From the NCBI GenBank assembly GCA_951406725.2, contig OX597818.1, positions 45,136,001 through 45,200,000 of the forward strand: a DNA stretch of 64,000 bases, written 5' to 3'. The DNA is from Octopus vulgaris (taxonomy: Eukaryota). The notes under the pieces were generated by a model. The model worked only from the letters and a program-made list of their open reading frames with translations, searched no databases and was not told where the DNA came from. Below are positions 28,394 to 42,625 of this stretch, piece after piece; the first letter of the stretch is position 1; every line of letters starts with the position of its first letter. The position numbers and the translations under genes are program-made.

Positions 28394-29142
28394 ATGTGTC
28401 TGTGTTTGTCCCCCCAACATCACTTGACAACCGATACTGGTGTGTTTATGTCCCCGTAACTTAGCGGTTCGGCAAAAGAGACCGATAGAATAAGTACTAG
28501 GCTTACAAAGAATAAGTTATGTGGTCGATTTGCTCGACTAAAGGCGGTGCTCCAGCACGGCCACAGTCAAATGACTGAAACAAATAAAAGAGTAAAAGAG
28601 TATGAGAATGAAGAATATAAACTCTTGAAAAATATTGTTGATGAAATGTTTCAAGAAAAGATGAATTCATTTATAAATACCATATTTGATTAGCAATGAT
28701 AAGAAATTTATAGAACCAATGTCGAAAGTAATTAATGATGTAGGCATAAAATATGTACAATAATGTAATAATTCACTTAAGGAAATACAAGCCTATTTAT
28801 ACTCCTTTTTCATAAACGAGCAGTTTTGGAAAATAAAGTAAACTAAAAGGAAACATTAAAAAAATGCCACTAGAGATTAAGAATACAAAATAAAGATTGT
28901 TTATCGCCGGAAGTTCATTAGTAATGAGCCGATATTTGCCGAATGGGAAAATAAAATAAGGAGTTACACTCCTCAGCTGATATAATCGGAAAATAAAATA
29001 GTAAAATGGTTGGAGAAAAAAAAAGGTGAAGAAAGGCGTTTTGTACAGTTCTATATTTAAGAGATGAGGAATTATGTACATCATTTACATTATTTACATT
29101 ATTTACATTTGACGGATATTTGTACGCATCTTGTTTGTTGTT

Positions 29143-29188
29143 AACACAACGTTTCGGCTGATATATCCTCCAGCCCTCATCAGGTGTC
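29143..29188 (-). ncRNA. Minimal type I hammerhead ribozyme motif (Penelope-like element terminus)
   Basis: Minus strand: GACAC-CTGATGA-G-GGCTG(loop)CAGCC-GAAA-CG-TT-GTGTT. Core intact, stems I and II pair, palindromic AACGTT at stem III. Confidence 0.7.
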
Positions 29189-29235
29189 TTGGGGAAATTT
29201 AGAACCTGGGTTTTCATTCCTCAGGTTTTTTTCGA

Positions 29236-29273
<38 letters not shown>

Positions 29274-29289
29274 TTATTATTATTATTCG

Positions 29290-29364
29290 AAGGTCACTGC
29301 CTGGAATCGAACTCGGAATCTTGGGGTTAGTAGCCCGCGCTCTTAACCAACACGCCATATGCCG
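29290..29364 (-). mobile_element. tRNA-like SINE head or short retroposon with (TAA)n tail
   Basis: Minus strand ggcatatggcgtgttggttaagagcgcgggctactaacccc...gagttcgattcc contains A/B-box-like motifs. No clean cloverleaf. Confidence 0.55.
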
Positions 29365-29504
29365 TGTCATAATCCTGAAATTAAATACAGGAAGAGATTG
29401 TAGAATGTTTGATAAGGTGAAGTATCGTAGAGGTATATTTCGAGGAAGACACCCCCTCTATCAATGTGTTGCGCTTATACATGCAGGTTCGAAAATTTCC
29501 CCAA

Positions 29505-29550
29505 GGCACCTGATGAAGGCTTGAGGGTAAATCAGCCGAAACGTTGTGTT
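29505..29550 (+). ncRNA. Second minimal hammerhead motif, inverted relative to the first
   Basis: GGCAC-CTGATGA-A-GGCT(loop)AGCC-GAAA-CG-TT-GTGTT. Confidence 0.7.
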
Positions 29551-29639
29551 AACAATAAACAAGATGAGGACAAATATCCGTCCAAATGTAAATAAATAAT
29601 GTAAAGAAGTTTTGGTTTTGGTTTTGATATAGGACAATC

Positions 29640-30870
29640 TTTCCCTTCGTACAGACAGAGGAAATATGAACATACCAAACTGGCTGGCATTGGCGGAAAC
29701 AATTCTGATACCAAAGAACGTTGCCACTCACATGGCAAACAAACTACTGGCTAATTGCATACATAAAATATATACAACATATTATACTCATTTGTTCGGG
29801 ATTACAGTAGAACTAAAAATATCATGGCAGACGAATAGGCAGTTGGGAAGAAGGAGTTTTAGAATGTGCAGAGTGACGTTTTCTCAACAAAGTACGATAT
29901 CAGAGATACACCAACACTGGAGGAATTTTATTGCAGTCTGTCTGAATTACAAGAAAGCAGTTGGTTCTGTTTCTCAACGGTATGTGTTACAATCCCTTTC
30001 GATGCGATAGAGTTCCATAGAACACAAACGAACTCGTAGACGATCTAGTCTTGCCTGTGTCATAATCCTGAAATTAAATACAGGAAGAGATTGTAGAATT
30101 TTCGATAAGGTGAAGTATCGTAGAGCTATATTTCGAGGAAGACAGGCCCTCTATCAATGTGTTATGCTTATATATGCAGTGACCTCGTTATAATCGTGTG
30201 GAAGAGATTTGAAGAGTATGTGGTTAGTTCACAGGAAGAGAGAAGTATTAACTTAGAGACAATTTCTGCATGGATGACCTGAATATGAAAGTAAAAAAAA
30301 AAAAATATATATATGGTAAGAATAATCTTAACCTGAGTGCAAGAATATTCTCAAAGGATATACAGATGAAATTTGACCAAGATAAGTATTCCTACCTGAA
30401 CTGTAAAACGAAGAAAAACTACCGGTCTGGAAGTAACGGGGTTTTCCAGAATAACAAAAAAAAAAAAACAACAAAATATTAAAAAAAACAAGCTTACTGA
30501 CATCTTTCAAATCATAAAGATTTGTAAAGTGTACAGTGTAAATATATTAGACGTTCTATTGATTATCCGTTTTAGCTTCCAGGAATGGATATATACGCAT
30601 AATCACTTACGTTATATGACAAATCTACTTGAACTCACTCATTTACTTAGTCACACAGAAGCAGGGTTCACGCTGACTCGCACCTTTCTAATACAATCTG
30701 TGACTGGAACAGCAAAAATATGTACGACTTATTTCTTAAGTTCAGCATATAGCTCATCAGTGATGTTATTACCAAAATTCCAGTGATGAAGCTTTGTTTG
30801 TTTGCTTGTTAGAAATCAATTCTTTCTTTACAGGAAACATTCGAGTAATTTTAAAACAAAGGTAACATAC
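29640..30870 (+). pseudogene. Decayed R4/Dong-type reverse transcriptase and 3' end, terminating in (TACA)n
   Basis: Degenerate motifs IPNWLALAETILIPK, LNYKKAVGSV, MDDL, FSKDIQMKFDQDK and C-terminal IQSVTGTAKIC. Many stops and frameshifts. Confidence 0.65.
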
Positions 30871-31045
30871 ATACACACACGCACACGCATAAATACATGT
30901 ATGCACACATGCATGCATGCATCCATCCATACGTACATACATACATACATACATACATACATACGTACATACATACCTACATACGTACCTACCTACATAC
31001 ATACATACGTACCTACATACATACATACATACATACGTACCTACC

Positions 31046-31103
<58 letters not shown>

Positions 31104-32809
31104 CATTCATACATACATACATACATACATACATACATACATACATACATACATACATACATACATACATACATACGTACATACATACACACACATATAT
31201 ACATTCAAAAATACCCTGTTGTTGATGTTCCAATGAAGGAGCCTTGGATCTAGGTTAGAAACCGGTTCTTTCTCTATTGGCAAGAAATCTTGAAATGAAC
31301 TGAATAATGACATACATAAATACATACATGCATGTATGTTTGGGAGAAAACTCATTTGGTCATCATATATAATTTAGAACGAGTTTTCACCAGACAATAA
31401 TAATAATGTAAGGGGGATCAGCCATCTGAATGTGGCTAGGGATAGGGCGGGGTGGTGGAGGTGTTACTGATGCTGTTAGCCCCAGGCGATCATCGACGTC
31501 ACCAGAAGGACCGACACCATCTCGGTGTCCTTGTTAGCCTGTAAAGGGAGATCATCCTCCCCGAAGATACGAATACTACATACGGACCGGTTTCGAGGTC
31601 ATTGCCTCTTATCAACGTATGGTAAGCACCGTTCCTCGATGAAGGATTCCCTCTACAGGCTACATATATAATTATCACAATAAATAATTCAAATAGCGGC
31701 ACATTCAAGCCTTTGCCGGGTAACAATACATTTACTGCCTCATTGGCAATGGAAGACAGCATCACCTGTTTAGCAATATCTTCCTTCTTCAAGGTGTTTC
31801 TCTTCCACATAGGCATTATATCATAGCATATGCATTCCTTAAGACAGCAATGTATAGAATTTTTATGTATCTTACGTACACACACACATATAAAATGATA
31901 AGATGAAATTAATTGAAGCAGCTTAATCATATAATTGATGAAATATTACAAACAGAAGTGAACGATCGTATTTCAAAATGCGTTAAAATCGTTAAAAAAA
32001 AATTAGGTAATTCTCAACGGACTAAAACCGCAGACGGCACAGGATAAAAAATTGCTGCAAAGAAGCATCGGGTATAATATAAACAAAGGCACAAAAGAAA
32101 CGAATGATGTTAGTAAATAATAATGCGTAAAAATATGATAAGTTCAGGATGCTTGCTGAACTTAACAGAAAGTTACATAAGATCATATCAACGAGTTTAT
32201 AATCAACTCACATAAATTCTTTCATATTAAAAATAATGGTTTCAAACTTTGGCAGAAGACCAGCAGGTTTGGGGGAGGGAATGAGTCGATCACGTCAACC
32301 CAGTGTTTAACTGGTACTTATTTTATGCGCCCAGAAAGGATGAAAGGCGAAGTAGAGCTCGGCAGAATTAGAACTCAGGCGGCGAGCTGGCAGAAACGTT
32401 AGCACGTCGGCGAAATGCGTAGCCGTATTTCGTCCGCCGTTACGTTCTGAGTTCAAATTCCGCCGAGGTCGACTTTGCCTTTCATCCTTTCTGAGTCGAT
32501 AAATTAAGTACCAGTTACACACTGGGGTAGATATAATCGACTTAATCCGTTTGTCTGTCCTTGTTTGTCTTCTCTGTGTTTAGCCCCTTGTGGGTAGTAA
32601 AGAAATAAGAATTAGAACTCAGAACGTAAAGAGGGACGAAATGCCGTTAAGCATTTTGCCCGGCGTGCTAACGGTTCTGCCAACTCGCCGCCTTCTTTCA
32701 TATAAAAAAAATAATAATCCTTCCTACTATAAGCACAAGGCCTGATATTTGGGGGGAGGGGACTAGTCGATTACATCGATCCCAGTACGCAACTGGTACT
32801 TAAACTGTA

Positions 32810-33073
32810 ACTAAACTGTGTGGAATGCGAGAGGGTAATGTAAAAGTAATACCACTAGTGATCGGAGTGTTCGGCTCAATACGATTAAGACTTCAAAACT
32901 TTTAAGGCAAATGGAAATCCCATACACGATTAGTGTCTAGCAAAAAGCAACCTTGGTGGGCACAGCGCACATCTTAAGGACAGTATTATGTGTCTGAGGG
33001 CTTTGTGACTTGAATGATGATTAAAGACTCCGGTGCATTTTTCCTACATTTACGAAGGAATAGTAATAGCAGC

Positions 33074-33140
<67 letters not shown>
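32810..33140 (+). mobile_element. RLE non-LTR 3' fragment followed by (TAG)n
   Basis: NVKVIPLVIGVFGSI...LVGTAHILRTVLCV. Same family as 57337-57868. Confidence 0.65.
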
Positions 33141-33604
33141 TACAGACATATATACGATGGGCTTCTTTCAGTTTCCGTCTACCAAATCGACTCACAAGGC
33201 TTCGGTCGGCCCGAGGCTATAGTAGAAGACACTTGCCCAAGGTGCCACGCAGTGGGACTGAACCCAGAACCATGTGGTTGGAAAGCAAGAGAGACGTTAG
33301 CGCGCCGGGCGAAATGCTTAGCGGTATTTCGTCTGCTGCTACGTTCTGAGTTCAAATTCCGCCGAGGTCGACTTTGCCTTTCATCCTTTCGGGGTCGATT
33401 AAATAAGTACCAGTTACGCACTGGGGTCGATATAATCGACTTAATCCCTTTGTCTCAACTTGTTTGTCCTCTCTGTGTTTAGCCCCTTGTGGGTAGTAAA
33501 GAAATAGCTACTTACCACACAGCCACTCCTACGCCTATGCAACCTTTATATTGTCTTCTCATGGATAAAAAGGAAAAGGGTCAATAAAATTTCACTAACA
33601 ATTC

Positions 33605-33655
<51 letters not shown>

Positions 33656-36600
33656 CGCGAGTGCGTGTTTGTGTATGTGATTGTATGGGGCGGGGAAGGC
33701 TGGTATTTGTTAGTTTGAGAACCCCTGAGCTAATTTCTGCGAGTGGCACTATTCTTCGAAGGGTTATATCATACCTGTCATTATTATTATTGTAAAAATG
33801 CATATGTGTATGTGTGTCTGTATGTATGTATGTATGTATGTATGTATGTATGTATGTATGTATGTATGCATGTATGTATGTATGTATATATGTATGTATG
33901 TATGTGTGCATGTATGTATGCATGTATGTATGTATGTATGTATGTATGTATGCATGTATGCATGTATGTATGTATGTATGTATGTATGTATGTATGTGTG
34001 CATGTATGTATGCATGTATGTATGTATATATGTACACGCACACATATATATGATGTTGGTGTGTATACATCCCTGTAACTTAGCGGTTCGGCAGTAGTGC
34101 CCGATAGAATGAGTATAGGCTTGCAAAGAATAAGTCGTGGGGTCGATTTCTTCGACTAAAAACCCCTTTAAGGCGGTACTCCAGCATGGCCACAGTTAAA
34201 TGGACCGAAACAAGAAAAAGAGTAAAAGGTAGAAAATGCATGTATGTGTGCGTATGTGTGTGTGTATAAAAGCCGATATAGATGCTGGTTGGTTGGTTGG
34301 TTGGTTACTTGCTTTCTTATTTCTTTATTGCCCACAAGGGGATAAACATAGAGGGGACAAACAAGGACAGACAAACGGATTAAGTCGATTACATCGACCC
34401 CAGTGCGTTACTGGTCCTTAATTTATCTACCCCGAAAGGATGAAAGGCAAAGTCGATCTCGGCGGAATTTGAACTCAGAACGTAGCGGCAGACGAAATAC
34501 CTATTTCTTTACTACCCACAAGGGGCTAAACACAGAGAGGACAAATAAGGACAGACAAACGGATTAAGTCGATTATATCGACCCCAGTGCGTAACTGGTA
34601 CTTAATTTATCGATCCCGAAAGGATAAAAGGCAAAGTCGACCTCGGCGGAATTTGAACTCAGACCGTAATGGCAGACAAAATACCGCTAAGCATTTCGTC
34701 CGGCGTGCTAACGTTTCTGCCAGCTCGCCGCCTTGTTACCTGCTTGCTTGCTTGCTCTGTTGTTTGGTTGGTTGCTTGGTCGATTCAGATAGCTCCACGG
34801 ACCATCGAGTACATGCAGAGTGTTTCCGTTAGTCTACATACGTTTCAGACTGGGTCAGCTGATAGTATTTCCGTGCAATATAAATTTTTGTTAGTCTTGA
34901 ACATCCTTGTTAACCTTCAGCACTTTTACGCATATTCACCAAAGTTCATTCTTATTTAAAGATAAGAAACCCCATATGTATTACACATATCGTGAACAAT
35001 AAAAAAAAGATTGGAATCAAAGCGTGTGCCATATTTTTTTATAAGCTAGTAAGAATGAAAGTAGTACGTATAACCTTAGTGGGTGTATACAGAATGATGA
35101 AGGATATAGCATCATGCATGCTGGCAGCGAATACCAAAATATGATCATATTTCATTTGATTCGAAGAACTGCTGAATAGAATTATCTGAACGTCGATCTG
35201 GAAGAGATATTCCACACACACACAGATATAATGTTTATATGTTTATTCAAATTTATGAGTTGGTCGGTATATGAGTTTTACATCATGTTTGTAAATATTA
35301 TTTATGTACGCAAGAGACGAGAATATGTATGTATATACAGAGATGCACACAAACACACATGGAAGCACTCCGTCGGTTACGACGACGAGGGTTCCGGTTG
35401 ATCCGAATCAACGGAACAGCCTGCTCGTGAAATTAACGTGTAAGTGGCTGAGCACTCCACAGACACGTGTACCCTTAACGTAGTTCTCGGGGATATTCAG
35501 CGTGACACAGAGAGTGACAAGGCCGGCCCTTTGAAATACAGGTACAACAGAAACAGGAAGTAAGAGTAAGAGAAAGTTGTGGTGAAAGAGTACAGCAGGG
35601 ATCACCACCATCCCTGCCGGAACCTCGTGGAGCTTTAGGTGTTTTCGCTCAATAAACACTCACAACGCCCAGTCTGGGAATCGAAACCGCGATCCTATGA
35701 CCACGAGTCTGCTGCCCTAACCACTGGGCCATTGCGCCTCCACGACACAAACACACACACTCACACACACAGTGGTGAGTAGGACTCTTCGCGCCGATTT
35801 GCGCGAAACGGTTGCTTACGTATTTTCTAAATGGTATTCAGTGGTTTAACCATTTGATCTCCGTTTATCAGTCATGTGATAAAGTCAAATGGTTCCGTCC
35901 TTTCTGACGAAGTTGATATTCTCCTCCGTCATATCGCCTCTTTGTCTCCGCTCGTCTCATACAACCTCTCGATATCCCACGTAAACTTTTGGAATTTATA
36001 CCGACTTCATATTTCTCTTGGTGCAGATAACCGCCACTTTCGTTGGATATCGAGTTTTATCCCATTTTCCTATTGTATTAGCAAACAGGTATTTTAATAA
36101 CGTGATTTCTTTTCAAATCCATTGCTTTACAGAAGTAATAATAGGTGATAGATGAGCAAATCCATTGTTAAAATACGGGCATCTGAGCGAACAGATCATT
36201 AAAACGTTGGGAAACTTATCAATGCATATATATATATATATATATATATATGTTCTTACATACATAAACACATATACATGCAAGTATTTTTGTACATAAA
36301 CGCGCACCTTATATATGAATATATATTTAAATACATATGTTTATATACATATTTACACGCATATGCAATACGAGGTTTTTGCCCAAACTAAGCTAAATGT
36401 ATACACATATATACATAAAAAGGGTCTATGTTCACATAGATGCATACATATTTCGGGAAATATATCAGGAATGGCTTTTCAAGCAAAAACCCTGCGAGAG
36501 TGCAAAACGAGCAGGCTTCATTGCTATATAATAATATGTGTGGTCTAAAGGAAAAGAAAAAGAAAAGCATATTTATTTTTAAAATTATATATATTCTTTT

Positions 36601-36836
36601 AATATATACGCTTTGAAATGAGTTTTTCCCCCATTCATTTGGATTACACATAAACACATACATTCGCGTACTCATTCACATATATTTACATTCATACACT
36701 GAAACACGCATCACACATAAAAGAAGCAAATGATTAAACATTCATATTTATCTGTGAATGTATATGCGTACGTTTGTGTGTCTATACATACATAGATACA
36801 TACATAGATACATACATACATACATACATACATACA

Positions 36837-36867
<31 letters not shown>

Positions 36868-38165
36868 TTACATATATACATAATACATACATACGCACAC
36901 ATATACATATATACACACACATATACATACATATATACATACATACACATATACATACATAATTCATACATATATACATATATATACATGTATATATGTG
37001 TGTGTATCAGAGAGGATAATAAAAATCAGCTTCAGTGATATCTCATTCCTACAGCTGTTTCAATAATTCTAACATCACTACACTATTGTGTAAGATGTAA
37101 AATCCAAGGATCACATTTTAGGTGAACATTTTGTATATGATGAATATTAAGAAAAAGCATGATAATATCATTTAATAGAAAGTAAAACATACAAATAGAA
37201 AATTTAGGATAATTGACAAGAAACTATTTTTTCTCTACCATGTATCAGGTTACAAGTTTATAGAGCAATCAGTTCAAAGTGATAGAAATGCAACAATGTA
37301 ATAAAGTCATAATTTCAGATAGTAATAATTAGACAGACGGGAAGTGTATTCATCAAAGAACCATGATAAACAGATATGCAGAGTCACACATATACAAGAA
37401 TAGCAAGTGGAGAAATTATGTTCGCAGACGCACACATAAACACAAATGTACCTGCATTAACTCATAAAAATTAATTACATAATATAACTGTTGATATAGA
37501 ACAAAAGTTATAAAGATTAAAATTAAAAATCAGTAGATAAAAGAAATTAAACTAAGCATAAAATAATCTAAAACAAAATTAAAATTCAATTAAATCACAT
37601 TAAGTAACAAGCAGAAAACTGAGACTATAAAAATAACGATGACAATGTTTAAATAAAGAAAATGAACAGATGAGGAAACAGATAAATGCAAAGAAAAATA
37701 ACAACAGATGATCGAATAAAATTGCACACCGACGAATACAAGTATAAATAGCGCTTATACATATACGAGCAAAACGCCCCCCGTTCAATGGCCGGTGCTG
37801 AGTTGTCAAATATTTAAACCAAATTTTCCCCAAACAACTTGTCCGACCGTCCCATAGAGAAACACTGATTTAACCTAAATTTGAGACACCAGCAAAAGAA
37901 GAAATAAACATAGACTTTTTTTCTATTCCAAAGAAAAAACGATTTCCCACGGCTTTATCGCTCGCATTCTCACCTGGAATCGATTTTTGTAATTTTTTCA
38001 AGACTTATACACGCCCTGATACCGTCGGTATCTATATATCAAATTTGAGCGCAATCGGATAGAGGATGCCCGAGATCCTAGAAGCCACACACACACACAC
38101 ACAGAAAACGGATTTTATATAAGAGATATGCACACACACACACACACACGCATATATAGATAGAT

Positions 38166-38229
<64 letters not shown>

Positions 38230-38754
38230 TTAGATAGATAGATAGATATTCTTTCACTCTTTTATTTGTTTCAGTCACTGGAGTACTGGCTTTAGTCGAA
38301 CAAATCAAACCCAGAACTTATTCTTTGTAAGCTTAGTACTTATTCTATCGGTCTCTTTTGTCGAACCGCTAAGTTACGGGGACGTAGACACACAAACATA
38401 TGTTGTCAAGCGATGGTGGTGGGGACAAACACAGAGACTAGCTTGCTTACCAGCCACATGGTTCCTGGTTCAGTCCCGCTGCGTGGCACCTTGGGCAAGT
38501 GTCTTCTACTGTAGCCTCGGGCCAACCAAAGCCTTGTGAGTGGAATTGGTAGACGGAAACTGGAAGAAGCCCGTCGTATGTATGAGTTTGTGTATCCGTG
38601 TCCCCACAATCGCTTGACAACCGATGGTGGCATGTCTACGTCCCCGTAGCTAAGAGGTTCAGCATAAGAGACCGATAGAACAAGTACTAGGCTTACAAAG
38701 AATTAGTCCTGGGATCGATGTGTTCGACTAATGGCGGTACTCCAGCATGGCTAA

Positions 38755-39358
38755 GAAGGAATACATGCACAGACACGACGGAGTTGGGACCTATATACAC
38801 TAGAAGCGATACCAACACTATGGAATAACGAAAGAAAAAAGATGGTATAGTCATACACCAGAAAAGGTCATAGAGAATGAGAAAGCAACCATAGTCTGAG
38901 ATATGTTAATACACACAGATACAGAAATTAAGGCCAATAGGCCGGATATAGTTGTCAGAGGCTACCAAGAAAAAATGCTTTCTAAACAATGTATCAATAC
39001 TAACAAATAACAATGTTTCTCTAAAAGAAACGGAGACATTTTCAAAATGCTAAGATCTGGAAATAGAGGCAACTCAAATGTGGTCCCTAAAAACAGAAAC
39101 AATTCCTATCATAGTAGGTGCGTTAGGTATGATAAAAAATGCATTCAGACATAACAAAAACACCAGAGCTTATAAGTATAAATAACATACAGAAAATAGC
39201 ATTACTAGGCACTGCACACACCCAACGTAAAACACCTCAATACAGTGAAAATAAGAGCACCACAACAAACTAGAGCACATACCCAAGGCACACAGAGCTG
39301 CACTCGGTAGTGCAGTGAAAGCATGTGATAATAATAAGACTACTGAATAATAATAATA
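38755..39358 (+). mobile_element. Dong/R4-type RLE 3' fragment, decayed
   Basis: KRWYSHTPEKVIENEK, IKANRPDIVV and IQKIALLGTAH motifs. Ends in (TAA)n. Confidence 0.7.
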
Positions 39359-39367
39359 GTGATATTA

Positions 39368-39850
39368 TTGGAAGTGTTATGGGCTACAACAAATATTCTG
39401 CTCAATACCACAGATCTGCTTGTCACTTGTTTGACCTTAACCACTTGAACATGTCCCTTAGGGGTTTACGATATGTGCATCTCTGATCACGAGCAGAAGT
39501 AGTGGAAGAGCATCATAGCCATGTGTTGAGAGGGATTCTTTGGGGTTTGAAATATTCACCTTTGGAAACATGGGTGATTTGTTCACCATCCTTAAACAGC
39601 CCTTATTCATGGACCTTTTGAGCGGTATGAGATAGTCGACCAGAAGAAAATTCTAACTGGGCCCCACTTGCAAGGTCATGTGCTGTTTATCTTGATATGA
39701 GATCACCATATCGCGCACATATGGTTGTGATGCATGTGCCTAGTGTACTCTTATCAGGTGGGTAGTCATGATGGGTATACTGGGCTTCGTATATTTTACC
39801 CCAGTGTCACTTTGATGGCATGCACTGCTCTCTCACTCAATAAAAATAAT
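39368..39850 (+). mobile_element. Unclassified retroposon with (TAA)n tail
   Basis: Inverted second copy at about 58220-58785, bounded by (ATT)n arrays. Confidence 0.6.
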
Positions 39851-40929
39851 ATATATATACATAGCTATGTGTGTATGTATACATGTATGTATGTCACGTA
39901 GTGTTCCAGTAAGACGTGTCTCTATGTGTGTGTGTGCATGTGTGTTTGTGTGTGTTAGTGTGTGTGTGTGTGTGTGTATTTGCCTGTCTGTATAGTGTAT
40001 AAATGCCATTACCTCCTCCCCATCTCAAGCATTTTCAAAACTGCAATTTTTATTTTTATTTTCCCCTTGTTTCTGATCGTTTCCACCCTCTCTACGAACA
40101 TTTGCAACCCCCTTCACCTCCTACTTTGTTTTTCCCTCCTCCTCCTCCCACCCTCCCTATATCATTCAACACTGCTTAACGTTTCTTCTCTCTCGCTCTC
40201 GCTCCCTCTCCCTCTGTGATAAACGGTTCTCTCCGAAACGTTGAACTTCCCTCCCTCTTCACTGCATTCGTCCTATTCCACTGTTCAACATGAAATTCTA
40301 TGTATTACTTCTTACTAATAAAGATCATCGTGACTTTCTTCGGATTCGACTGTTCTAGGTTATTCTTTATAGGATCCTGTCCATATTAACCCTTCTGTAT
40401 TAAGGTCTTATCATTGCATTTTGATTAGCTAACACAAAGTGAAGATGCTCTATTACGATTGGTTGGCATTAAGTGAGGCGTGGCTTTTGTGTTGTGGACA
40501 ATAGCTGAAATGCAATAAATTACTTTCTTAGAAAATATCTTTTTAGTAACAGAAAACTACATAAAAATTGATATAAATAAATAGATAAATAAATAGATAT
40601 ATTGCTCCGACCATTCCATATTGATTGGGTGTATTAGCATATAAGAACCCGCCGCGTATTTGTTCGTGTTATATTTCTACCATATCGCTGGCTAATACTA
40701 ACTTCACGGGAACTTAAAACGCACGCGCACACACGCTGAAACACCTAAGACAAGCGCACGCGCACACATAAGCGCGCGCGCTGAATATGTCCACATGCAT
40801 AGTCTGAAATCTCAGCTAACTTTCTCTCTTAGCATTGGAAGCATCTTTACATCTCTTTCCTAGACTAACCAAACATGGCGTTACAGACCACACACATACA
40901 CACCTACACTCACACACATACACACACAC

Positions 40930-40931
40930 AA

Positions 40932-41021
<90 letters not shown>

Positions 41022-41044
41022 GGAAAGATAGATGATAGATAGAT

Positions 41045-41083
<39 letters not shown>

Positions 41084-41092
41084 AAGATAGAT

Positions 41093-41152
<60 letters not shown>

Positions 41153-41403
41153 CTATATATATGTATATATATATATATACACATACATACATACATACAT
41201 AATACATACATACAGATATACAGACATACATATATATATATATATACATATATGCATATAGAAATTATGTATGTATACATATATATATATATAAATATAT
41301 ATAGATATATATAGATAGATAGATAGATAGATAGATATATAGATAGACATACAGACAGACAGACAGATAGACAGACAGATAGATAGATGATGGATAGATA
41401 GAT

Positions 41404-41461
<58 letters not shown>

Positions 41462-41505
41462 TTAGATAGGTAGGTAGGTAGACATAGATCGACAGACAGA
41501 CAGAC

Positions 41506-41544
<39 letters not shown>

Positions 41545-41561
41545 CTTAAACACGCGCCCGT

Positions 41562-41612
<51 letters not shown>
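40930..41612. repeat. Compound (GATA)n/(TA)n/(CA)n microsatellite block
   Basis: Directly visible. Confidence 0.95.
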
Positions 41613-41613
<1 letters not shown>

Positions 41614-42111
41614 TTATCAATATTGCATTAGCTTACAACTTTCCAGACACTAGAGAAAAAACAATAAAAGAAATGAAGATTGAAAACTAAATATAAAAAT
41701 TATTTAATAGAAAGACTGAGCACAGCTCTTGGAAAGAGTAAAAAAGAGAGAGGGAGAGTGAGAGAGAAAGAAGGACAGAGAGAGAGAGACAGGGAGGGGA
41801 GAGAAAGAGAGAGAGAGGAAGAAGAAAACAAAGTGGTGGGAAATGAAAATCAAAATAAGAATGGAGAAAAAGAGTGGGCGTGATTTGCATCGTATATTTC
41901 TAAGAATTAACAAAGACCAGGTAGAGAAGTGGGTGTCCTGCACAAAAGCAATTAACGGTGGACAGGTGGACAAACGACGATATCCACAGACAAATTGGTT
42001 ATCGTAGATTTTTATGCACCCACACACATACACACACACGCACACACATGTATCTTTAAAAATTATATATATATATATATATATAATATGCATATAAAAA
42101 ATTATGTATGT

Positions 42112-42216
<105 letters not shown>

Positions 42217-42221
42217 CATAT

Positions 42222-42252
<31 letters not shown>

Positions 42253-42280
42253 CATATATGCATATAAAAATTATGTATGT

Positions 42281-42360
<80 letters not shown>

Positions 42361-42560
42361 ATGTGTGTGTGTGTGTGTATACATATATGCATGTAAAATT
42401 AGGTATGTATACATATATATTTATACACACACACACACACACACGCACATATATATATGTATGTGTGTGTGTGTGTGTCTGTGTATGTGCGTGTGTATTG
42501 TATACATAGACATGGATGTGTGTGATCGCGCATGATTGTATACGTGCGTACATATGTACA

Positions 42561-42625
<65 letters not shown>

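Noticed and set aside
31499-31930. 143-aa minus-strand ORF
   Set aside because: No recognisable motifs or splice signals; plausibly chance or an old element remnant.
40210-40250. ctgtgataaacgg...ccgaaacgtt hammerhead-like remnant
   Set aside because: The core and stem I are too degenerate to call.
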